From positions 1 through 64,000 of IMG/VR virus record IMGVR_UViG_3300037111_000040: a stretch of 64,000 nt of DNA. One strand, given 5' to 3'. This stretch comes from a virus. Numbering within the stretch: the first letter of the stretch is position 1; each line of letters begins with the position of its first letter. Positions 1 to 9,126 of the stretch are shown here, in pieces. Below the pieces are notes generated by a model. It worked only from the letters and a program-made list of their open reading frames with translations. It had not been told where the DNA came from and did no database searches. The translations under genes and the position numbers were made by a program.

Positions 1-227
1 TCTACTTGACCCTTCAATATCTCCAAGAGCAGATCGAAGTTCTTCCTTACGCCGATCTTTCGGAATGCCCGCCTGACCCAGTGGACCTTGATGCTCCGGA
101 AAATTCCGACGCCGGTATCGACGAAGGGATAGCATACCCTTCCCCGGGCCGCGCCGTCGCGCTGGACGAACGAGATATTCGTGATCAGGGTGTACTTGGC
201 CTTCTCCGGGTCAAAATTCGGTGTCAT
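1..227 (-). CDS. hypothetical phage protein (partial, runs off window)
   Basis: ATG at 227 preceded by GAGGAGG; frame MTPNFDPEKAKYTLITN... open to window edge; overlaps stop of upstream gene. Confidence 0.5.
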   Translation of the reverse strand, partial: MTPNFDPEKAKYTLITNISFVQRDGAARGRVCYPFVDTGVGIFRSIKVHWVRRAFRKIGVRKNFDLLLEILKGQV

Positions 228-441
228 CGTCGCGCCTCCTCTTCGGCGGTTTGGGAAGCTCAACCCTCGGCTTCCGGGCTGGCTTGCGTTTCTGTTTCTT
301 GCCGTCCCACTCCCGCGACCGGCAGGTAGGACACACGCTAGGGGGACGCTTGCCGAGAGATAGCCAAGGTTCGCCGTGGCGTTCACAATCTTGGCGCTCA
401 CACACACACCGCCACGCTGGTGCTTGCACCTTGCTCTTCAT
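211..441 (-). CDS. small zinc-ribbon protein with basic tail
   Basis: CVCERQDC...W...PSVCPTC...W; ATGA coupling to upstream paralog. Confidence 0.6.
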   Translation of the reverse strand: MKSKVQAPAWRCVCERQDCERHGEPWLSLGKRPPSVCPTCRSREWDGKKQKRKPARKPRVELPKPPKRRRDDDTEF

Positions 442-629
442 GCTTGCTTGCTCGGCTTTGTGCTTGCGTGTTCTTGCTCATCCTTGCGCCTGCGATCTAC
501 ATTGTTCCACGTGAAACGTCCGCAGCTAGTGCAGCGCGGTGGGAGCCGAAACTCCTTCGTGTCCCACTCCGCCTTACAGAGTTCGCACACGCAGTGGTAA
601 AACTTCTTTGAAATGATCCTGAAACTCAT
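438..629 (-). CDS. small zinc-ribbon protein (paralog of 211-441)
   Basis: CVCELC...W...PPRCTSC...W, same Cys/Trp pattern as neighbour. Confidence 0.6.
   Translation of the reverse strand: MSFRIISKKFYHCVCELCKAEWDTKEFRLPPRCTSCGRFTWNNVDRRRKDEQEHASTKPSKQA
503..518. promoter_or_regulatory. parS-like site
   Basis: TGTTCCACGTGAAACG, 15/16 to canonical TGTTCCACGTGAAACA; lies inside a CDS. Confidence 0.55.
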
Positions 630-641
630 CGGTGCCCCCTC

Positions 642-1250
642 TCAATACCTAAGACTCCTAATCATGCGCTCGCTCCAGCAACCCTGCCACGCGCAACGCC
701 GTACCCAGCGCTTGCGCAGGAGTTGTATCTGTGCGAGGTTGTCGCCACAAATGTCGTTCCAAATGTCGTGCCAGATCACGTCGTATTTTTCGCCACGCGC
801 TGGTTTGTAGGTGAGCGCGTCGCCCTCGATTATCTCAAGACGATGGTCAAGGCATTGACCCAAAAAAGATGGACCGACTAGCGCAATCACATCCTTGCTC
901 TTTTCGATCACGCGAACGTAGGTCACTTCCGGCTTCTTCAATATGGCAGTGAGCGCGATGCCAAGACCTAAACCGTTAACGAGTACGCGGCCCTCGGCCC
1001 ACTCAACAAACCGCCTTAGCTCGTGGCACTCCATTTGTGTGTTGGACATGACGATTGTTCCACCGCAACACAGACGTTTGTAGGTTCCGGCCTCCACTTC
1101 TTCCCATGACCGGCCCGGATTGAGGGCGGCGCGCATCCGAGAGAACGCCGCCTCTTTCTCGGTGACGACTGTCTCGTCAACCTTCCAATCGCCGCTCTTG
1201 CCGTTCGGCACGTTGCACTCGCCGATCTCAACTTGCTTTCGTATGCTCAT
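642..1250 (-). CDS. class I SAM-dependent methyltransferase, spermidine-synthase-like
   Basis: VLVNGLGLG motif I, VRVIEKS, IIEGDA, YDVIWHDIW; GGAGG before ATG 1250. Confidence 0.75.
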   Translation of the reverse strand: MSIRKQVEIGECNVPNGKSGDWKVDETVVTEKEAAFSRMRAALNPGRSWEEVEAGTYKRLCCGGTIVMSNTQMECHELRRFVEWAEGRVLVNGLGLGIALTAILKKPEVTYVRVIEKSKDVIALVGPSFLGQCLDHRLEIIEGDALTYKPARGEKYDVIWHDIWNDICGDNLAQIQLLRKRWVRRCAWQGCWSERMIRSLRY

Positions 1251-1471
1251 CGTTTCACCTCCGGCCATATGGCCAACAAACTTCGCCCAAGTACGCGGGC
1301 TTCGTCGACAGACATATCGACGACTAACCGTCTGCCCTCATCCTCGCGGCAAATAATCTGCACGCGCTCTGGTCCACTATTAGTCTGTGATCCAGTCACA
1401 AGCGGTTCACAGTAGATGAGCGTCGTGTGCTTCCGCAGTCGCTTTACGAATCGTGGCCACGCTATCATCAA
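1247..1471 (-). CDS. hypothetical protein
   Basis: Coupled to neighbours in the leftward operon. Confidence 0.45.
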   Translation of the reverse strand: MMIAWPRFVKRLRKHTTLIYCEPLVTGSQTNSGPERVQIICREDEGRRLVVDMSVDEARVLGRSLLAIWPEVKR

Positions 1472-1641
1472 AGCCTCCGGATCGCATCTACCGGATGCAC
1501 GTTCGCGTTCGTGATGCGCCCTTGGCCGGAGGACACAACTTTGCCCTCAACGCTTTCAACTTCCACGTAGACGCGCTGGACACGCAGTGGCTTTGGGTTG
1601 GGCATCGGTTCAATGTTGAGATTCTTGAAGTCGTACTTCAT
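1468..1641 (-). CDS. hypothetical protein (57 aa, below ORF-track cutoff)
   Basis: MKYDFKNLNIEPM...DAIRRL*; overlaps neighbouring start/stop codons at both ends. Confidence 0.45.
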   Translation of the reverse strand: MKYDFKNLNIEPMPNPKPLRVQRVYVEVESVEGKVVSSGQGRITNANVHPVDAIRRL

Positions 1642-1928
1642 TTCACTTCTCCTTTGTCTTGTGCTTCAGCTTCGTCGAGCGCCTTCTTCAGTTCCTTCTT
1701 CGAGACGCGGCCATCCCATGTCTTGATGTGTTTCCCGCGTATCCAAGACTCTCCTTGGCGCATGAGAGTGTGATCCGAACGACCGTACTCGCTCATCTGC
1801 CCGTTCATAAAGCGGTGACCGGGAATCCTGAAGATAGCGAAATGTTCGCTTCGCATCACGAGCTTTGTAATGCGGTGCTCGGAGAGCCCGCTCGCGTACA
1901 GGTCAATCAGTTCTTGGTCGGTCTTCAT
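1638..1928 (-). CDS. hypothetical protein
   Basis: GGAGGAG RBS, operon context. Confidence 0.55.
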   Translation of the reverse strand: MKTDQELIDLYASGLSEHRITKLVMRSEHFAIFRIPGHRFMNGQMSEYGRSDHTLMRQGESWIRGKHIKTWDGRVSKKELKKALDEAEAQDKGEVK

Positions 1929-2178
1929 TGTGCTCCTCCGGTGAAAAAATCCCTGACTTCAAATGCTCCACGGTCACGTTGTATAGCCTTCCACAGTTGG
2001 GGCAATGGCAATTCATTCCCCAATACCACTGAAACCTAGTGCCGCATCCGTAAAAAATCTTCGTTCCGTCGACGAGCCGTTGGGATATCAGAGCCCGCCT
2101 CTCCTCTTCGCTCATCAGGCACCAGTCACCGTCACACTCACGTTCCATCAACTTAGGTAAAATGGCTGGCTTCGACAT
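1903..2178 (-). CDS. hypothetical Cys-containing protein
   Basis: GCG...CHCPNCG; operon context. Confidence 0.45.
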   Translation of the reverse strand: MSKPAILPKLMERECDGDWCLMSEEERRALISQRLVDGTKIFYGCGTRFQWYWGMNCHCPNCGRLYNVTVEHLKSGIFSPEEHNEDRPRTD

Positions 2179-2205
2179 TGTCCGTGTCTCCCGGTTGGTC
2201 TGGTA

Positions 2206-2793
2206 TCAATCTCTTTCGTCGCATTCCTCGCGATTCTTGCATTTGCACCGCTCGTCTGGCGTTGACCACGTCGCTGTCTTCGTACACCACCAACAATGGT
2301 CACAGAGAACGTCCTCGTTCTCCGGGAGCCAATCTCTGCACTCTGAACACCAACTTGCCCCGCTCTCGATTCCGTTTTGTTGGAGCCATTCAAGCAGATT
2401 CCCAAGGCCGTCCATGTCGAACGCCTTCGGCAGTCTACGGAGACGCCGTGTGCGATTCCGTTTCCTGATTGCCTTGGTGCGCTTACCACGCCACGGTGGT
2501 TTGTCGCGAGCGTCAACGAGAGTACATGGCTGTTCTTTCACCTTCATGTCGCCGGACAGGAAGTAGATTCCGCTTACTTTTGGCACGTGGAATCCGCTGC
2601 TTGAGTTGTGGAAGATGTAGCTCTGGTATGCCTTCGACCAATCCACGTCATAGCCGTCTGCGCCGAAGTAGGTTTTGCCATCGTGGCGAGAGACATCCTC
2701 GGTTCGGACCCAAAGAGAGAACAGTTCCAGCCGTCCCCCGGAGTCCTTATGAAACTCAGCCGCCAGTCCGATTACCTTTTCATCATTCGACAT
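2206..2793 (-). CDS. hypothetical protein with Cys-rich C-terminus
   Basis: WCSEC, CDHCWWC, CKC; GGAG RBS. Confidence 0.55.
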   Translation of the reverse strand: MSNDEKVIGLAAEFHKDSGGRLELFSLWVRTEDVSRHDGKTYFGADGYDVDWSKAYQSYIFHNSSSGFHVPKVSGIYFLSGDMKVKEQPCTLVDARDKPPWRGKRTKAIRKRNRTRRLRRLPKAFDMDGLGNLLEWLQQNGIESGASWCSECRDWLPENEDVLCDHCWWCTKTATWSTPDERCKCKNREECDERD

Positions 2794-2807
2794 TTGCTTT
2801 CTCCCGG

Positions 2808-3191
2808 CTACGCCAGTTCTTTCCGCTGCTTTGTTATTAGTGCGATGTGCGCGTCGAGAGCCTCGATGGCCGCTTTGATGATCGCGCGAGGATTCTTGCC
2901 GTGCTTTACGAAGCTAAATCCACGAGTGTTGAGGATGACCATGTAGCTCCCAGCACTGGACGGCCAGAGACTGAGACCGCCATTATCGACGCTCCAGTAC
3001 CAGTGAAGGTTTTCCGCTACGCGTGCGTGCCATCCTTTACCGAGATGCTTTGCCAGCGCCGCCGATTGTTTGCAGGCTAGGTCATAACCTGCCTTCGAGC
3101 ATCCTGCCCCGCACGCGGGTGAGCAGAAAATTGGTCCGCGCAAAACAGGTGTCCAACTCAACTCTTTTGTTGGTTCCGATCTGTGCTTCAT
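2808..3191 (-). CDS. hypothetical phage protein
   Basis: GGGAGGG RBS; CSPACGAGC motif. Confidence 0.55.
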   Translation of the reverse strand: MKHRSEPTKELSWTPVLRGPIFCSPACGAGCSKAGYDLACKQSAALAKHLGKGWHARVAENLHWYWSVDNGGLSLWPSSAGSYMVILNTRGFSFVKHGKNPRAIIKAAIEALDAHIALITKQRKELA

Positions 3192-3216
3192 TTCTATTCC
3201 CTCCCAGTTACTTCTA

Positions 3217-3405
3217 TCAGTCTACGTCGCAGTATTTCATTGCCAGACGGAGCACCGCATCGTAGCTTTCTGACTCGAAGGCTTTCTTCTCGAATTCCTT
3301 AGCCTTTTCCTCTTCCCCGGCCCGTCTGAGTGCTTTGGTGCATCGTGCGATGACGCTAAAGACATTGCCGTCCTCGCCAGTTAGTTGCACAAATGGTTTA
3401 TTCAT
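3217..3405 (-). CDS. small conserved phage protein
   Basis: LTGEDGNVFSVIARCTKALRRAG...SYDAVL resembles a widespread phage hypothetical family; GGAGG RBS. Confidence 0.65.
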   Translation of the reverse strand: MNKPFVQLTGEDGNVFSVIARCTKALRRAGEEEKAKEFEKKAFESESYDAVLRLAMKYCDVD

Positions 3406-3430
3406 CTTGTTTCCTCCCAGTCGTTCGCTA

Positions 3431-3859
3431 TCATTCTGCTCGTTTCCAGTTCGCCCCGATTTCGACAACTGTTTTGCCGATGCTCCCGTTCTTGCGCACA
3501 TGACAGCCGTGCAACCTGAGCGCGCTAGGACCAGACAGCGAGAATGACGTTACCTCGAACAAGTTCACATCCTGCCTCACGCGCATCCCGATACGGAGAT
3601 TCAGGGACTCAGCGAGCATGGCCACATACTTGACACGCTCCACCTCTTCCCTCTCCCTTGCGGCCACGACCGCAGCCTCAGCAACAGTGATCGCTCTCCC
3701 GGCGTCTTTGAGCTTCGCCCATTGCGTGAGGAGTTCGACCGGCGTCGCCCTTTGCGTCTCCGCTGGTTTCTCCACAGGCGGCTTGGGCGGGGGCACGACT
3801 TCGAACTTCTCGCCCTTCCACGGATTTGGGAATCTCACGCTCACAGGTTCACCTCTCAT
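3431..3859 (-). CDS. hypothetical protein
   Basis: ATGA coupled to upstream gene. Confidence 0.5.
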   Translation of the reverse strand: MRGEPVSVRFPNPWKGEKFEVVPPPKPPVEKPAETQRATPVELLTQWAKLKDAGRAITVAEAAVVAAREREEVERVKYVAMLAESLNLRIGMRVRQDVNLFEVTSFSLSGPSALRLHGCHVRKNGSIGKTVVEIGANWKRAE

Positions 3860-4893
3860 GCGGCGAGGTCCATTTGTTCGCCATCATCCTCATCGGTAGG
3901 CGGAGTCAAAGACCGGACGTTAGCGCGCGCTTCCTTGAGCCGCTCGGCAAGCCGCTTGATGCCGGTCAGATAGATTTCGCCGTCTTCGTCGCGTTGCTCC
4001 TCTATCGGCACACAGCCATCGTGCCAATTCCACGGCACTATGTACGCCTGCTCGTTTGGCCGCTTTTCTTGGAACGAGCCAATGAAGTAGCCGCGCCCAT
4101 CGTTGACATACTCAGACTCGACATGGCGGTCGGGATAGAGCGGCTTGAATTGCGCTTCTAATTGCCCGATCTGGTAGAGGAGCGCCATGTACTTAAGCTT
4201 GTCCTTTTGCGTGCGCAACTCGCGAGTCTTCTTGAAACGGCTGCGGCCCTTGAGTACGGTGATCTTGTCAACCTCACCTTGGAGTTGTTTCATACGCCAG
4301 CGAATCACAGAGCCCCGCTTGCGAACGTGACGGCAGGCCCGGAATTGAGCGTACTCCGCCATAACCTCAGCCCGATCCTCAGCCTCACGTGGAGTGATGA
4401 CCGGAGCGATGCTCCCCTTTGCCTGAGCGATGATTTCGGCCTCTTCCTCTTGGGCCTCTATCAGTTCGGCATTGCGCCGCTTCTCTTCTTTGGCAATCAC
4501 CTCTTTTAGTTTGAGCGCCTTGCGTTCGGCAGGATTGAGGATGCCTTGATTGATGACCTTGATACGCTTGTCACGTTCCCGGTTTGTCCACTTCCGCATC
4601 TCATCCCACACGGTAGAGCACTTGACGTTTATCACCGTCATCTTGCAAGAGGTTCGCACGTTCGAGGTCGCTCGCCCCTTTACCAGTTCCCCGGCGATGC
4701 CTTGGATATGCAGCCAGCGGTTTCCACTTCCGTCATCCGTGAGAATCTTGACAGAAGTGATGGACACGCCCCGGAGCGCGCCCTTCAGGAGCTTCGCCCG
4801 GACACAGGCCGGGGCGTGGCCCTCGACAGGAATAGCGACAAACGGGGCTGTAGCCCGGAGAGCCGCTTCTACAGCTTTGACGTATTGGTTCAT
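3856..4893 (-). CDS. hypothetical protein (345 aa, coiled-coil middle)
   Basis: Long ORF, GGGAG RBS. Confidence 0.6.
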   Translation of the reverse strand: MNQYVKAVEAALRATAPFVAIPVEGHAPACVRAKLLKGALRGVSITSVKILTDDGSGNRWLHIQGIAGELVKGRATSNVRTSCKMTVINVKCSTVWDEMRKWTNRERDKRIKVINQGILNPAERKALKLKEVIAKEEKRRNAELIEAQEEEAEIIAQAKGSIAPVITPREAEDRAEVMAEYAQFRACRHVRKRGSVIRWRMKQLQGEVDKITVLKGRSRFKKTRELRTQKDKLKYMALLYQIGQLEAQFKPLYPDRHVESEYVNDGRGYFIGSFQEKRPNEQAYIVPWNWHDGCVPIEEQRDEDGEIYLTGIKRLAERLKEARANVRSLTPPTDEDDGEQMDLAA

Positions 4894-4903
4894 GGCTCTC
4901 TCC

Positions 4904-5848
4904 CTATGCCGCCGATTGCGCGGGCGTAGTGTCTTCAGCTACAGCGAACGATGCGAGTTTCAAGAGCAAGAGCCGGTCGACATCGACACGTTTCTTGCTT
5001 GCATCATTCAGGTCCACAACGGCCACGTCATCGATCAATTCACGAAGCACGGCGATGAGAGCCGGTGACGGCGGGGCGGGCTCAGGCTTGGGAGCCCTCG
5101 CCTTATTGACCGGATGACTCGCAGGTCCACGCTTGCCGCTCGCCTTGTGCTCTTGGGCGATGGTCTGAAGCGTCTGGACGGCAGCCGCCCCGTTCGCCCG
5201 CAATTCGTCCAAGGCAAGTGACGGCGTGACGGCGCGGGATGAGAGGAGTTGCTTAACCTCTACCGGCGCATCTGCCAGTGCCATCGCATCGGTGATAAAC
5301 GCAGGCTTGTATCCGGTTTTCGATGCGATTTGCTCTTCGCTCCAGCCGAACTTGTAGAGCCGCTGAAAAGCCGATCCCAGTTCCCACTTGGAAAGTGGTT
5401 TGCCAGTGTTCGCGGTGATGGACGTGAGGAGCCGGTCAGCTTCGTTTCCGCCTGCCACTTGCACAGTAGGCACGGCAAGAATCTCGACGCCTTCCGTGAT
5501 CAATTCGAGGTTCGCTCTCAGGCGACATTCGCCATCGACGAGCACTGCCGCCTTGCGGCCCGCATCGAAGCGAACGAGCAAGGGAACGAGCGTACCGTTA
5601 ACGCGGATGGATTGTTTCAGTTCATCCAAGTGCGCGCGGTTTTCAGGCAGGTTGTAGTCGCGCGGATTGAACCCGTCATCCACTTGGATGATCCGGGGAT
5701 CAATCATGAGTTGGTCGCGGGCTGAGGTCTTGAGGTCGCGGAGCCGGTTGACTTCGACGGGAGCAGCGCTCTCCGGGGTTCCCGGTTGCGCGCTCGCGGC
5801 GGCTTTGTCGCGGAGTTTCTGTAGCAGTACAGCGCTTGATTCGATCAT
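4904..5848 (-). CDS. ParB/Srx-family protein with HTH
   Basis: GFNPR, ELKQSIRVNGTLVPLLV, LVDGECRLRA (ParB box-like), then GWSEEQIASKTG HTH. Confidence 0.75.
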   Translation of the reverse strand: MIESSAVLLQKLRDKAAASAQPGTPESAAPVEVNRLRDLKTSARDQLMIDPRIIQVDDGFNPRDYNLPENRAHLDELKQSIRVNGTLVPLLVRFDAGRKAAVLVDGECRLRANLELITEGVEILAVPTVQVAGGNEADRLLTSITANTGKPLSKWELGSAFQRLYKFGWSEEQIASKTGYKPAFITDAMALADAPVEVKQLLSSRAVTPSLALDELRANGAAAVQTLQTIAQEHKASGKRGPASHPVNKARAPKPEPAPPSPALIAVLRELIDDVAVVDLNDASKKRVDVDRLLLLKLASFAVAEDTTPAQSAA

Positions 5849-5902
5849 TTGTTTTTCGCTCCATTCCGATGGATTCGGAATTCAGAAATGTTATTGCCTA
5901 TC

Positions 5903-5933
5903 ACTCTGCGCTTCTCACACTTCATTGTCAAGT
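5903..5933 (-). promoter_or_regulatory. sigma70-like early promoter (copy 1)
   Basis: TTGACA-17-CAGAGT on minus strand; 25/31 identical to 9056-9086. Confidence 0.6.
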
Positions 5934-6180
5934 GTAAAATACAATGGACTGTGAATTATTTTGTGCGAGCCCATCTTTGGTTACGGCTGCGATTCTTCAT
6001 CCGCCGCGCGGCCCAAAGGCACAGGGTCCGCTCTCTCGTGGTTCGTTGGCGCTTCGGGTCCGCACGTTCACTACGGAACCTCATCACCATCTTTTGACTC
6101 GTATCTCTCACAGAGCACCTCTCGTGTAAAGGATGAGGCAGGACCGGAGCCCTGCCCCGTGTTGCGTGTTGCGACTGTTG

Positions 6181-6432
6181 CTACTTCTTGGCCTTGGCCC
6201 TCTGAGCCAAGTGGAAAGCGGCCCAGCGCTTGCGCGCGGCCTTGCCGATGGCAGCGCGGCCCGCCTTGCTGATATGGCGCTTCTTGACTGGCATCGGTGC
6301 CACATGCTTGTGGTGCGTCTTCTTCTTCCGCTCGCCGAGAAGAACGTCGACGGCTGATATGGCCGCGTGGAGTTCTTTCAGCTTGACGATTTGCGCGTCG
6401 ATCTCTCTGAGAAGTCGTTGAGTGTTGTTCAT
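6181..6432 (-). CDS. small basic nucleoid-associated-like protein
   Basis: N-terminal coiled coil EIDAQIVKLKE plus ISKAGRAAIGKAARKRWA, resembling the SAEGRARIAAAQKARWAK-type proteins I recall from Acidobacteria. Confidence 0.6.
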   Translation of the reverse strand: MNNTQRLLREIDAQIVKLKELHAAISAVDVLLGERKKKTHHKHVAPMPVKKRHISKAGRAAIGKAARKRWAAFHLAQRAKAKK

Positions 6433-6481
6433 GCATTGCCCCCTCCCGGTAGGCTTGGGTTAGTGGTTCGTTTGTCTGGTA

Positions 6482-8317
6482 TCAGTGGTCACTCAGGACC
6501 ATTGACGCTGTAGCGCCCGCTGAATCAGCGGCGAGCGCCGGGGCAAACTCTTCATGCATCGGGCAATGCTTGACGCCCGTGTGCTCAAATATCGCGCGGC
6601 ACAGTTCGCACTCTACCGCTTCCAGTTCGTCAACTTCTGGCTCCTCGCACTCCTCACACACGCCATTGACAAACTTATGCCCTGAATGGCGGCACTGGTA
6701 GGGAATATCCGCGCCTTCCTTATGCTTCGTTGGCCGGTATTGCTGGGTGTCTTCTCCCAGCCACTTCTTACCGGCAGCGGCTGTCAGGTTGAATTTCTCC
6801 CACAGGTCCTCGCGCTTCCACTTCAGATGCACAGTCCCTTTTTTGTAGAATCGGCCCTCAAAGTATTCGGATTCAAACACCCATCCGCCGCCGCCGTTGG
6901 TCCGCTGGCCAACCAATCGGCAGGCGTTCTCAAGAGCACGGCCAACCGTATAGCACTCGTCGAATGGTTGACCATCCAGCACGCAGAGGATGCGGTCAAG
7001 GTCTGTGTAGATGGTGCGGGCATCACCCGTCCACGGCATATCAAAGCCGGTGTATGCGCGCCACTGTACGCCATGCGGAAAGATGAGTTTCTTATTCACC
7101 TTGTAGTTATCGTTAGTCTTCCATCCTTCAGACGCCCTCCAGTGATTCTTGACGGAATTAGGCATGACCGGCCCGCATCCGTTCTCGACTGCATGGCCGC
7201 AAAGGTCATCGAAAACGTTTGCGACGCTCTCATCGAATAGCTTCTTTCGAGACATAAAGACGTTTTCAAGCGTGTTCCGGATGTTCGCAGCGGTGAACGG
7301 AATGGTGCTGTCACGCTCCACGTCGCGCATAAATCGATCCTGTTGTTTGCTATCAAGCCAGCGACTAAACTCCATCTGCTCGAATACGCTTGTCCATGCC
7401 AGCTTGCGGTGGCGGCGCATGTACTCAGCACGTGACGTGTGTACATTATCAAGAGCCATGGCGACAATCGCCCCGAAGTCTGCCTCGCGCGATGAGCTTG
7501 TACCCCTGATCTTGTTTTGATCCATGTACAGCTTCGCCTTGCGGATGTGCTCGATTCCCCTGCACCAATGCTCATTCGCCATGTTAAACCAGTGCTCCAT
7601 GTTCCCCAGATTGTCGCGGATAGCAAGCATGGTAGGGTCACCGTCGAAGTTGACGGTATAGTTCTTTTCTCGCGTTGTTTCCTTTGCCCACAGGTCCGGG
7701 GCGTCATCCGGGGCAACTTTCTTGAGGTAGACCATGGCCACGTTGACCGATGTCTTGCGCTGTGCTGTCGAGAAACAATCGCCCAAGTATTCGACACTTC
7801 CGAATTGAGCAATGATTTGCTCAAGGCGTAACCTGTCAGTCGTATGCGGGTTTTTTATGGTCTCCTCATTGAGCAGGCAGACAATCTCGCCGTCATGCAT
7901 GAAGTCCCATGCTTTGAGTAGATGCTTCGCGCCCTCGCTGAAAGGCGGATTCATGACAATGGCATCGTAGTAACTCGCGCCATCATAGGTAAGCCAGTCA
8001 AAGCCTACAACGTCGTATTGCTTTCCGCGCAGGACGCTGATAAGGTCTGGGTAGTTTTCTATCACGTCAATGTCAACGTTGTTGCGGTAGTAGCCGGAGT
8101 TCCATTCGTGCCGCCGTACCCGCCTGTCCTCATTCTCGCGCTGGTTCTCCGCTTCGTACTCATCGAATGTGCAAGGGTTCTTTATCGCGTCCGCGATGTC
8201 GCCCTTGCCAGCGCTAGGCTCAAGGAAATACTTAGCCTCTTTGTTCGTGATCTTGGCCAGCATCTTGCGGGCTATCGCTCGCGGTGTCGGGTAGAAGTCT
8301 GGATTATCGGCAAACAC
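6482..8317 (-). CDS. DUF4942-type protein with N-terminal amino-methyltransferase domain
   Basis: DFYPTP, LEPSAGKG, IVMNPPF; C-terminal GWKTN, DLDRIL, YFEGRFYKKGTVHL. Confidence 0.75.
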   Translation of the reverse strand: MFADNPDFYPTPRAIARKMLAKITNKEAKYFLEPSAGKGDIADAIKNPCTFDEYEAENQRENEDRRVRRHEWNSGYYRNNVDIDVIENYPDLISVLRGKQYDVVGFDWLTYDGASYYDAIVMNPPFSEGAKHLLKAWDFMHDGEIVCLLNEETIKNPHTTDRLRLEQIIAQFGSVEYLGDCFSTAQRKTSVNVAMVYLKKVAPDDAPDLWAKETTREKNYTVNFDGDPTMLAIRDNLGNMEHWFNMANEHWCRGIEHIRKAKLYMDQNKIRGTSSSREADFGAIVAMALDNVHTSRAEYMRRHRKLAWTSVFEQMEFSRWLDSKQQDRFMRDVERDSTIPFTAANIRNTLENVFMSRKKLFDESVANVFDDLCGHAVENGCGPVMPNSVKNHWRASEGWKTNDNYKVNKKLIFPHGVQWRAYTGFDMPWTGDARTIYTDLDRILCVLDGQPFDECYTVGRALENACRLVGQRTNGGGGWVFESEYFEGRFYKKGTVHLKWKREDLWEKFNLTAAAGKKWLGEDTQQYRPTKHKEGADIPYQCRHSGHKFVNGVCEECEEPEVDELEAVECELCRAIFEHTGVKHCPMHEEFAPALAADSAGATASMVLSDH

Positions 8318-8503
8318 TGTACACCTCTCTCTGAGTCGTTTCCTCAGCTACGCTCTGGAGTAATGGGAGTGGGAACCCTGAGCGTCGGGAGAAAGCCTCA
8401 AGGCCCGCGTAATGGCCGCTAATCTCACTTGGAGGATTCGCGCCGTGCTTTGGTTGATGAGTCTCAATGTAGCCCCGGTGCGATTTGGTTGATTGCTTGG
8501 GCC

Positions 8504-9022
8504 TCAGTAGCCGCTGTACTTCTCGTACTTCGCAACGTCCGCCGCCGTGAGCGGCTTGACCGCAAGGATGCGCCGCTGTAAATGATCCCAGTCTGGATTG
8601 TCTTCGGCGTGAATGTCGGGCCGGGGTTTACAGCGAAGGGTAGGAGACTTGGCAGCGCAATCGTTGTACAGCACCTTGCCGCCAAAGAACTTGACCAGTC
8701 CCACGCATAGCGCAATCTTGGCCGCTGTGCAAGCAGGAATTAACAGGGTCTCTCCTAGCGGGCCTGCTTCGTAGTGATAGGAGAGGTGGTAGGGGTTGCC
8801 GTCTGACTTGATGATCGCCGCTGCCGCTGGATTGTTCTTATCCAACTTCAGGACCATAGATGTGCGCTCGAATGGAAGGACTCCATCCACGCGCGCAAAT
8901 ATGCTGTCACTCCCGGAGATAGGTGAATGTGCGGCTTTGTTTCCCAAGAGAGCCGCCGCAACCATAGCAACGTCCCGGAGCCGCGTTCCAGCAGCCAGAT
9001 AACACTTGACATTGACTCCCAT
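8504..9022 (-). CDS. hypothetical protein
   Basis: AAGGAG RBS directly downstream of the promoter at 9056-9086. Confidence 0.6.
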   Translation of the reverse strand: MGVNVKCYLAAGTRLRDVAMVAAALLGNKAAHSPISGSDSIFARVDGVLPFERTSMVLKLDKNNPAAAAIIKSDGNPYHLSYHYEAGPLGETLLIPACTAAKIALCVGLVKFFGGKVLYNDCAAKSPTLRCKPRPDIHAEDNPDWDHLQRRILAVKPLTAADVAKYEKYSGY

Positions 9023-9055
9023 AGCTCAATCTCCTTTTAGTTCGGTATCAGGATT

Positions 9056-9105
9056 ACTCTGCGCTTTCCACACCCTACTGTCAAGTAGAAAATGACAGTA
9101 GGGTG
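9056..9105 (-). promoter_or_regulatory. sigma70-like early promoter (copy 2) with 13-bp inverted repeat over -35
   Basis: TTGACA-17-CAGAGT; CACCCTACTGTCA-N9-TGACAGTAGGGTG at 9071-9105. Confidence 0.65.
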
Positions 9106-9126
9106 CAAAATAGTTTTCGTTCGGTA

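Noticed and set aside
6045-6090. Hammerhead-like GTGATGA...stem...CGAAG on the minus strand
   Set aside because: Core deviates (G for C3, GAAG for GAAA) and stems I and III could not be found
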